Positions 33,558-43,557 of a stretch of 64,000 bases of DNA are shown piece by piece (position 1 is the first letter of the stretch; each line of letters begins with the position of its first letter). A program made the position numbers and the translations under genes. The stretch comes from Mayamaea pseudoterrestris (Eukaryota), in contig BROI01000037.1 in assembly GCA_027923505.1 (NCBI GenBank), positions 1 through 64,000 on the forward strand, in the 5' to 3' direction. The notes beneath the pieces are model-generated. The model searched no databases, was not told where the DNA came from, and saw only the letters and a program-made list of their open reading frames with translations.

Positions 33558-33737
33558 TGCTACCTTCATGGACTACTCCTGTGCGAGCCTGGCACTTTAA
33601 GCGCGGCATGAGTGCTTAACTTTGTTGAGAGCGCGACAAAGACAACTTGCTACCTTCATGGACTACTCCTGTGCGAGCCTGGCATTTTAAGCGCGGCATG
33701 AGTGCTTAACTTTGTAGAGATCGCGACCAAGAAAACT
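33558..33737. repeat. Intergenic tandem duplication, 2 x 90 bp
   Basis: tgctaccttcatggactactcctgtgcgagcctggca... occurs at 33558 and 33648; I count 5 mismatches over 90 bp. Confidence 0.95.
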
Positions 33738-34829
33738 TGGGCGCATTAGTGTGATGACACTGAAGCCTTTATTGCTTGATATGTAATTTTTATGCTAGTG
33801 GACAAGTATCAAAGCTACCCGTAGACAGCAATCACATGCCTGCCGGCAACGGCTCAGTTCTGCTTATGTCGACCTTTCTACCGCTATTCATACAAGTTCG
33901 CTTAAATTGTGTTCTTTATCAGGTTAAATGCTTTTGTCCATCTTAATACTAATCGAAAATCGAAACGACCGGTAGGTAGCGCTCATCGCCTCTGAGAAGC
34001 CTGGCTCAGAGCCAGGTGGAATCGTTGGCCCTGGCGAAGGGTAAATGCGCAAAAAGTTTCGTAATTCACTTACTTTCGTTAATTTTAAAGGATTATACGC
34101 GTACCAGTCTCTGCAAGTCTGTTTAAATTCTAAGTAGGGTGGAGCACTAAGGAGATGCTTCTGTCGATTGTACATCTACATTTAAATAAAGTTTGGTTTG
34201 CACTGCACCAACCATCAACCACCAACCACCAACCTTCGTTATGGATCTTCCTTTGCCAGAAGCCGATGGAACTGTCGCTCCCTGCTCTTCTATCCATTCG
34301 GACAAGACACCGTCTCGGAGAAGCCAGTGTTTCAGAACCCATGTGCGTGTCATCCAGTCCATGGCAAACTTAAAGAATGCTCGCTGATCTCACTGGAATG
34401 CACACCACTATAGGTGTCGACTACCGTCCGAGCCATGAACGAGACATGAGCATCCGCCTCTGCCTTCCACGACAGAATGCTTTTGTGCGGAGTAGTCGTC
34501 GATTGTTCATCATGGCTGTTCTTCGGAGTCAATTGCGTTCCATTGGGTGTCACGTTTGAAGTCCAACGTCCGTTCTTCGGAACTAAGGGTGTGCCCGGAG
34601 ATCCGATTCAATTCAAGTAGGCATTGTTGCAGTCATTATTACGGAGAGGAGTAAACAGCGAGAAGCGTTTTTGCATTGATTGGATCTCACAAAATTGAAA
34701 CCGAGAGCTTCATTGAAATTACCAAACGAAATCTAACAAAGTAAGTACACAAGATTATCAAGTTTTACGTCTCGATAAGTATATCAGTGGCATCATGTCT
34801 AACCCTTCACTCGCTCGGTCACAGCAACT

Positions 34830-37800
34830 ATGATGCAAACGTCCGCGCACAGCGAGAGCGACGACCGCAGCATCAGCAGTGGAACAAGCGGCGATAAGGC
34901 TAGTGGGCGCGGCGACATAAGCACTTCCAATGCTTCAAGCAAGAGCGAGCAGGAGATGCTGGAGGAGAAGGAGGCCATGTTCAAAAACGAGTCGGCGCAA
35001 GTCACGAAACTCAAACGATTCGTGCTGCTGATCATGATCCTTGCCGGCATTGCCATTTCTGCCGTTATCTTTGTCGTCAGCTCAAAAGGAAACGTCGTAG
35101 CATTTGAGAGTGACTATAATGGTAGTGCAGAAAAACTACTAGCAACTTTTCAGGAGATTGCAGAGCAGCGCCTCGGTGCCATCAGTTCCTTGAGTGTTGC
35201 CTTGACGGCCCATGCATGTACGTACACCATGCAGCGCGACGCGTCCGCGCATAAAAACCCTCAGCGAGTCTCAATGTCTTACACAAACTTTCTAAACTCT
35301 CATTTATTTCTACAAATGCAGTGGATCGAGACAGTAACTGGCCACATATTACCCTTTCATACTTCCAAGAAAGAGCGTTGATGACTAGGTTCGTCGTTCA
35401 TTGTGGTCATTTTGACAAGCGTTCGTCCGCAACGCGACCGCTCACAATGTTTTCACCCTTACCGTTAAAACAGGTACTTATCTGGTACCCTTCTTGTGAC
35501 CGTTAACCCTTTGGTTGCTGAAGACGAGCGCGATGCTTGGGAAAACTATTCCTTTGCCAGCGAGGCTGCGGATTGGCACAAGGACGGACACGCTTACCAG
35601 ATGCAGCTCGGCTATGAAAACTACGGCATCGCCTTTAACACCAGTGACATCGTGCAGCGAACCACTCTTGATCCCTCGCTCAACATTTCAACTGGAATTG
35701 CCAACCACATCTTCAACGTGAACGACAGCGGCGAAGCCTTATTCGATCGTTCCAAAGGCCCGTATCTTCCAACATGGCAGACCTCGCCTGTTTTTCTCCG
35801 AACACTCGTCAACGAGAACCTTTTACAAGACCCTGATGGAGCAAAGTACGCCAACTCGACCATTTCGACGTCGACTGTTGTGGTGGGCGGCTTTGAATAT
35901 CCGAGAGATGAAACAGAATTCAAGATATACAGTATTCTCATCAGCATCGCCAAGAAACGGAAGTTCACATACAAGGGAAGCCCCTTGACACGCGTGTATA
36001 TTCCAGTTTTCGATTCCTTTGACGACGCTACCAAAAAACCGGTGGCTGTGATGACGGCGCTTATTCGCTGGGTTAGCTTCTTCGACAACGTCTTGCCCAA
36101 GCAGGTGAGAGGCATTGATATGGTGTTGGAAAGCACGTGTTCGGACATTGACGGTGACATATACACGTTTAGCATTACCGGGCACGAACCCGAACCGATT
36201 GGAGCTGGCGACCGCCATGATGTCAAGTTCGCTCAATACGCTCGAATGGCAACCATGGCGGACGTGGAGTCGGTGGACGACGGCAGTCTTCATGGTATCA
36301 AGCTGAATCAAGAGGAGTGTGTCTTCCAAATGACCTCATATCCCAACCAAGTCATGTTAGATGACTATCAGACCAACCTGCCTGCATTGATTACTTTTGC
36401 CGTCGCCATGGTGTTTGCCTTTACCTTTGCAATGTTTTTGGTTTATGACAAATTAGTTGAGCGTCGACAGAATCTGGTCCTTCAGCGCGCCGAGCAAACA
36501 ACAGCCATTGTGCAGTCACTCTTCCCCAAGAGCGTCGCTGATAAGTTAATCCAAGAGACTAGGGACATGGATCCGCTTGCATCAAAGAACCAACGTCTCA
36601 ACAAATTCTTGAGTGGCGACGAACAAGCAGCTAAGACAATTGCAGACTTATTCCCCGAGTGCACTGTTCTCTTTGCCGATATTTCTGGTAAGTCATTCAA
36701 TGAGCCTAAAGTGGTGCCGTATAGCCATGCCGCTCACCAACGCCTCCTTCTGCAGGATTCACGGCTTGGTCGTCGACGCGCGATCCATCGCAAGTCTTTC
36801 AATTGCTTGAGGCCATTTACAATTCGTTTGACGATATTGCCAAAAGTCGCAAAGTCTTTAAGGTTGAAACAATCGGCGATTGCTATGGTAAGTATCAACG
36901 TTGCTGACAGGATCATCACCATAACGACATGCATGAAAGCTTACACGATTTGTCTCTTACTCCTATGCAGTTGCGGTGACTGGACTTCCCGACCCACAGG
37001 CAAACCATGCTGTCATCATGGCACGCTTTGCTAGCGAATGCATGATAAAGATCAAGGAGGTAACTCAACGCCTCGAGACCACCCTCGGCCCGGACACTGC
37101 GGAGCTTTGCATGCGCGTCGGTATGCACTCTGGACCTGTGACGGCCGGCGTATTGCGCGGCGATAAAAGTCGGTTCCAGGTAAGAACATCTATGTATTAC
37201 GCAGCAACAGGAAATCGACACTTGCTCACACTGCTCTCTTCTTAAACAGCTTTTTGGCGACACTGTCAATACTGCCTCACGCATGGAATCGTAAGTATCT
37301 TTTTTTGTTTATCCGTCGGCGCATGCTTGCCATCAACTTACAACGAGGATCCTCACATTGCATCACTCCTTCATTTTTCTACAGCACTGGAACTCGCGAG
37401 CGAATCCAGGTTTCGCAGGAGACAGCCAACAAGTTGACACTCGCCGGCAAGGGGCACTGGCTTTCGCCACGCGAGGATACCGTCAATGCCAAAGGCAAGG
37501 GGGTGCTTCAAACATATTGGCTTCGCACGCAGTCCAAGCAAAAGGCTGGCAGCGTTGCCTCCAGTGGAGGCACGCACAGCAGTGACAATGATATTGTCTT
37601 GGACTCTGATATTCCTGCCAATGCAGAGGCCAATGAGGTTCTCAAGCGCGACCGCAAGGTGGACTGGATGACCGAGCTTCTTGGCGAATACCTCAAGCAG
37701 ATTCATGGGCATCGGATTGCCACGCCCATGACCAAGCCTGCCGACTTTCAAATGCCCGAAGACCTCATTGGCATTAATGAGGTTGTCGAAGCAATTTTGT

Positions 37801-38840
37801 TGCCTCACTACGATGCCAAGAAGGAAGCAATCGAAGGTGATTGGCACGAGATTGAAATTGAGCCAGTTGTCATGGGACAGCTCCGTGAATACGTTTCCAT
37901 CATTGCCAGCATGTACCGCGAGAATCCCTTTCATAACTTTGAGCATGCGTGCCATGTCACCATGAGCGTTGCCAAGCATTTGAAGCGCATCGCCACCCCA
38001 GAACTGGAATTTAACGAGGACGATAAGAAGGCTTGCAAGTCCAAGGGTGCGGCCATGGCACTAATCCATGACTACACCCATGGAATTAATTCAGACCCAA
38101 TCACCCATTTTGCAATTGTCTTTAGCGGGCTTATTCATGATGTTGATCATCGCGGCATTTCCAACATGCAGCTTGAAAAGGAGGAACCAGCTCTCGCCGC
38201 GCATTTCAAGCACCAAAGCTTGGCCGAGCAGAATTCCTTGGAAATTGCATGGACGCTGCTCATGTCGGAGCAGTTTGCCGCCTTGCGTCAATCACTCTTT
38301 GCCACCAAGGAGGAGTTCCTTCGCTTCCGTCAAGTTATGGTGAATGCCGTCATGGCGACGGATATTTTCGACAAGGAGCTCAACCAGTTGCGCAAGAATC
38401 GTTGGGAAAAGGCCTTTTCAAGTGAGGTCGTGCCAAACGTGGACAAGAATACTCTCCGGGCGACCATTGTCTTGGAGCATATCATTCAGGCCAGCGACGT
38501 TTCCCATACCATGCAGCACTGGCACATTTACCGCAAGTGGAACCGTCTCCTCTTCAAGGAATTGACCATGGCCTACCGCGCGGGCAAAATGGCAGCTGAT
38601 CCAGCGTCATTTTGGATGAAGGGCGAGTTGGGCTTCTTTGATGGCTACATCATTCCCTTGGCAAAAAAGCTGATGGAGTGCAAAGTGTTTGGCGTCAACA
38701 GCGATGAGTGCTTGAATTACGCCGTCCGTAATAGAGCAGAGTGGGAAGTTAGAGGCGAGGAGATTGTGGCGGAAATGGTCAAGGAATTTGCCGACTGGGA
38801 ACCATCGTCGAGTAGTGACAATGACAAACTCTTCTTGTAA
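34830..38840 (+). CDS. Membrane sensor - class III adenylate/guanylate cyclase - 3',5'-cyclic nucleotide phosphodiesterase fusion
   Basis: TM1 FVLLIMILAGIAISAVIFVV, extracellular domain, TM2 LITFAVAMVFAFTFAMFLVY. Cyclase TVLFADISG|FTAWSS..FKVETIGDCY|VAVTGLP..RVGMHSGPVTAGVLRG..RFQ|LFGDTVNTASRMES. PDE YRENPFHNFEHACHV, IHDVDHRG, IIQASDVSHTMQ. About six short introns. Confidence 0.93.
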
Positions 38841-40342
38841 AAAGCCACAAAAGCTTTTTTAAGGCGATGGATGGATCTGCTGATTGTCGTCTCTTGATCC
38901 GCGCATGCATGTTTGTTTTCTAAACAAGTAGAACCGTTATCAAAGTTAATTTCCGGCGTTTACTGGTTGCCACATGATGTACTTGTAGGATAGCCAGCAA
39001 CCCTCTCATGCAAAATTCGCCTTGTAGCCGTCGCCGTCATCGGCAGCTTCTTTCTTGGTCCTCTTGTAAGATGATGTAGCCTGTGACGTTCGCGATGCGT
39101 TGGCTAAAGCTGCAGATTCGACGTGTGCGTTGTTTATCTTGGAAACGCCACAGCTACAGTCAGCGCACGCGAGGGTCGGGCCGCTGCATCCTTTGCCGTT
39201 CGCGACGCGACAGATAGTAGCGGCATTTGAGACGGGGCAGCTAATGGCGCAACCGATGATGAAGTGACAACTGAAGATTCCGACGAAAGCTGAGACCTCA
39301 CTGACATTGTGCTTCCACATTTGCAAGAACATCTTAGTACATTTGTCGTGAGCGGAAAGCAAGCTCGTCTGACATCACTTCTATGCCTCCTGTTAACATG
39401 TGCGTTTACAGTCGGGCGCCAAGACGACTGCGAAACATCCGATCCACCTCGACCACCCGACGAGCAACCTCAAGTCCTTGTGGCAGCCATCAATTGCATA
39501 CGAGGAGACTTCAGCTTGTTCCAAGCATCTTGCTATCCAAAATAACTACCAAACTCGCCATTGTCTGGACTAAAAGACTCGAGTGAGTCGTTGGCATCAT
39601 TTACCATGAGCAACGCACACACGCACACATCCGCTGACAGCCGACACGCCATCAAATCGAATTCGATTAGGTGAACATGCGGCGTCGCTTATACAACAAG
39701 CAACATTTCTTTGAGTGCGTGTTGCCTCAAGATCTTTTCGATACGAAAAAGCAATTCCTCCGCCTATTCTGCTGTATGACCAGCGTCGCTCGGCGACAAA
39801 GAGGGAATCGCCGACCCTCATGCAGATAATTGTCGGGGAACAAGTGATCACATGGACGGTTTGGAACATTGCCGGCGTGATAGAAATTTGATGGTGAGCC
39901 ATTGGATGGTTGTATTTCGTCATGTTTTTGGCCGCCAGGCTAATCGTCTCAAGTTGGAAAAGATGTGATATAATGGTCGAACGTCGATCGACAATTAAGT
40001 TTCCATAGAAAGCCATATCCAAAGTGAGACAAAGGCAATCGACAGCTCATCTTGTAGATTGTCAGCTCGGAGAAAAGCTTTGCGCTAGAATGGACGTATT
40101 AGTGACACTTCAACCTGCCCTTGTGCGACGCTGCTTGACGCAAGAGCATTAGTTTCGAAATCGGCCACGCCAGACCATCACGTGGCTCACGGTTGGCTGC
40201 CGGAGCGCAGTTCATGATTCCAGCTAAAAATGACTATGCAGAAGCAATTCGATCGCAACACATTACGAAATGAGGTTTAACCAGAGCACTGTATTTTGGG
40301 ATGCGCCATGGTCGAGCACTCGTCGCTAATCTTGCACTTTGA

Positions 40343-40362
40343 TGACGTCATATTTGACGTCA
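40343..40362. promoter_or_regulatory. Two adjacent perfect TGACGTCA (CRE / bZIP-aureochrome-type) palindromes
   Basis: tgacgtca-tatt-tgacgtca at 40343-40350 and 40355-40362, in a ~2 kb intergenic region. Confidence 0.4.
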
Positions 40363-41089
40363 CTGTGGAACATAGAGTGCTCGACTATGTCAGTATGTAG
40401 CTACCGTATGAGTTGGGTTGCTAACCTAACCAACGTTGCATGCACAGAGTTGATGCAAGAAGCTATGCAATGCTCACTAAATTTTATTTTGGATTAAAAG
40501 CCTACGCCGTCATGGTGGACTGGAACGTTAACCTTTGGCAGACTGTGGACAAGCTTCCCTACTTTGCGATGCCGACTTCTTCATTGAACGTACAAGAAGA
40601 ACTGGAGAATGAGCCAGCACAGGCAGAAGCATATACATACGTTTCTGTGATGGAAAATTTCATGGTGCTAGCGTAGCGACTGTGACCATGACAATTTTTG
40701 GAGCAATTTGCTCATACGTCTACGTACATGTTGAGCAGCAAGAGCTTGGGTAAATCGCTTCTACATTAACATTTAACATATTGCAATATAGCAGAGCGCG
40801 CAAGAGACATTGATCGCTCGTCTTGCAACGCATTCATGATGGTTCCAATGGTAAGCTACGGTAGTACGAGCTCAGTTACAGAACAAAGTAGTGTTCAACA
40901 GAAGACCACTACCGGTAGTACGTTTAACTATTTCCATCAACATCCGCGTTTTCCAAACCGTTCGTAAAAGTGCAGTCCTCTCTCATCCATCTTGTCGTCA
41001 TATGCATCGAATATATAAAAAGGAGAGTCGTCATTCAACTTGACTCTAAAACGTCCACCAAGTCGAGACTGTTGCTCATGCTAAAACAT

Positions 41090-41826
41090 TTACGCCTCCT
41101 CTTCTTCGTAGAGGCGAGGGTCATAGATTCCAGGGAAGAACTGAGCGCTCTGCGATACAAGAGTCGATAAAAGTAGAGTATGAGAAAAAAGCTGCGACGA
41201 GGCAAGGGACGCTTCAATTTCCAACACAAAAGCGCAAAAACTTACCTTCTCGGCAATCGCTTGGACAATGGCGGAACGGTGGGCCGAAATGCCCGTCGCC
41301 TTGAGCCAAAACCAAAATCGGTTATTGTGCTCGGCGCAATCAACCTCCTCCTTCTCTCCATCCGCTTTGACAGTGTCGGGCCCCTTCAACATCAAGTACT
41401 TGCCGAACAACATCCAAGTGTTGGTAATCTGCTCGTCACAGTTGACCAGCTTCAAAGCCGCCGCCGGTCCAATGCCAGGAACCTCCTGGAGGTCTCCAGT
41501 AACGTTTTCGTTGATAAACTGCGCAATGGGCATGCAAGCGAACCGAGTCGTGAGTGAGTCTGCGCAACAAAGCAATTAATACAATCACGCCATCCATTAA
41601 TACTTACAAGCTGCATCGTATCGGCCGAAACCTTGGAGCGGCTTGGATCGTATCCATCTGGAGCCTGCGACAAGACAAGATTACAAGTGTTATTGCTGTT
41701 GTTAGATGAAAATTCACTCCAAACGTGTTGCAGCAGCCGCAAAACGAAAAACTCAAAGTTCGCTTCGCTTGTTCCTCGCGCGACCCCTCACACGCATGTC
41801 ACTCTCATGATACTTACGACAACCAT
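41090..41826 (-). CDS. Barrier-to-autointegration factor (BAF)-like small DNA-binding protein
   Basis: Four exons (introns 41817-41665, 41607-41519, 41245-41150) give MVVAPDGYDPSRSKVSADTMQLFINENVTGDLQEVPGIGPAAALKL...TWMLFGKYLMLK...RFWFWLKATG...AIAEKSAQFFPG. This parallels BAF (F..EP...V..L.GIG....KL.....A..VLGQFL.LK....F..WLK...G). Confidence 0.65.
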
Positions 41827-42097
41827 GATGAAAGTAGAGTGTAAAAGGCGAAAGAGAAGAATAAAAAGGCAAAAGAAAGCAAAGAGCAGCGGCAAGTCGA
41901 AATGTCTCGGTGCCAAAAGCTGGAAAGTGGATGAACCGGATGAGCGAGCGGAAGCGGTTAGCGAGCACACTAGGGATGAAGGTAACGGTCACATTTAAAT
42001 GCCGCTAAGACTCAAAGATACGATTGCTGAGTTGGCGCGCTGCGACTCGAGTTGCTCGTCGATCCCACAGCTTCGTCAGCTCATTCTTTCCACCACG

Positions 42098-43173
42098 ATG
42101 AAGTCAATCGCTGCTCTCTCCTTTTTGGTGTCACTACTAGCCGGCAGCAATGCCTTTACGGCACCAATTGCACGTTCTGCAGTAGACGATTTTCGTTTGA
42201 CGAAACTCTCTTCTGCCGCTGTTGCTAACGTCGAAACGGAATCTGTTCCTCGATCAGACTTGGCCAAGCGCGATCGATACATTGCCACCAACCGCTTCGC
42301 CGTGCGCAAGGACCAGCAAGCCAAGTTTGAAAAGCGATGGGCTACTCGCAAGAGTCAATTGGCGACGCTTCCAGGTTTTCGATACTTTCACTTGATGCGA
42401 CGTGTCCAGCTTCAACCGGATGGAACCTGTGTCTATGATGGCGGAGAAACGGAGGAGGAAGCGCAAGAGAACTATGTCTCGTTTACTATTTGGAATAGAA
42501 AGTCGGATTTCTCAGCTTGGCGAAAGGGAGGTATGTTATTATATGTTTGTGGAGTGGTTTATCCGTTCAAATGGTGCTGTTTCTATGCCTCGACAACTGA
42601 CGGCTAATTGTTTTATCGCATTCTTCAGAGGCATTCAAGGAAGCCCATGGAGGAACGTCGATTGGAGCTTTCTTGACAACCATGATTGGAAGTGCCTTTG
42701 TCCTTCGTGGAGCTCCTCGGCCAGCTTTTTACGATGGCTTGGCTCTTACTGCTGTGAAACCAAAGGAGACACCCGAAACGATTGACGGATGGAGGCAAGT
42801 AGACGCCGACGGAGTCAATACGCTGCCAGTGGAATGCTTTGCTGCAATGGAAAAGTTATACATAAAGTCTGACATGCAAGCTGCGTTTGAAAAGTCTTAC
42901 ATTCAGCGCGAAGCAAAACTTGGCGAAGCGACAGGCTTTGTCGCGTTCTCCTTGCTTCGTCGCGATGGACAAGCCAAAGGTCACGGAGTTGCAGAGATGG
43001 GTCCCAACGAGCCAAACTATGTTGGAGCGACCGTTTTCAAGGATCGGGCGTCCTATGAGAAATGGAACGCATTGCATTCAGATAGTCCTTCGCCAACGAC
43101 AATGTGGAACAAATCACCTGAAAAGGTTTTCTACGAAGGCACCTTGGTTATTTCGTCCGAGGAAGGACCATAA
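42098..43173 (+). CDS. Plastid-targeted antibiotic-biosynthesis-monooxygenase / IsdG-like haem oxygenase, two ABM domains
   Basis: Bipartite presequence MKSIAALSFLVSLLAGSNA-FTAP. YIATNRFAV...FEKRWATRKSQL..LPGF..F...YVSFTIW..KSDFSAWRKG|EAFKEAHGG (intron 42531-42628). A second, degenerate ABM domain follows. Confidence 0.8.
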
Positions 43174-43557
43174 AACTTATGGGTACATAGAAGAAGTACC
43201 GTAATTGGTAGACAAACTGCATCCATCAACCGGTACATTGTTGAGAAACATATCATATTTAAATGCTGCAGCAGTAAAGGTGCGATCATTTCAGATCGTT
43301 TGCTGAAGCCTCTTCACTCCTTCATTAGTTAGTAAGTGCATGAACTTTAACCGTGCACAAGTAGTGTGTAGGGGTTGGGGAAGGCTGACTGTGTGCATTT
43401 ACTGTGCCAAAACAATGTTAGCTACGCTAGCGCACAGCGCGTCTGAAAAGACTCCAATTTTGGTGGCATCGCATTGGCATCGCCATGGCGGTCGCGCCTC
43501 GCATCATCCAATAGCTTTGCCGCAAAACATATATCAAAGACTTGCTAGTTTCTCGTC

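Noticed and set aside
33924..34560. Cluster of short overlapping ORFs and a ccaacca microrepeat upstream of the cyclase-PDE gene
   Set aside because: No recognisable motif, terminal repeats or consistent frame; treated as intergenic.
39006..40022. ORFs of 118 and 141 aa on the minus strand
   Set aside because: No credible start context, domain or compositional support.
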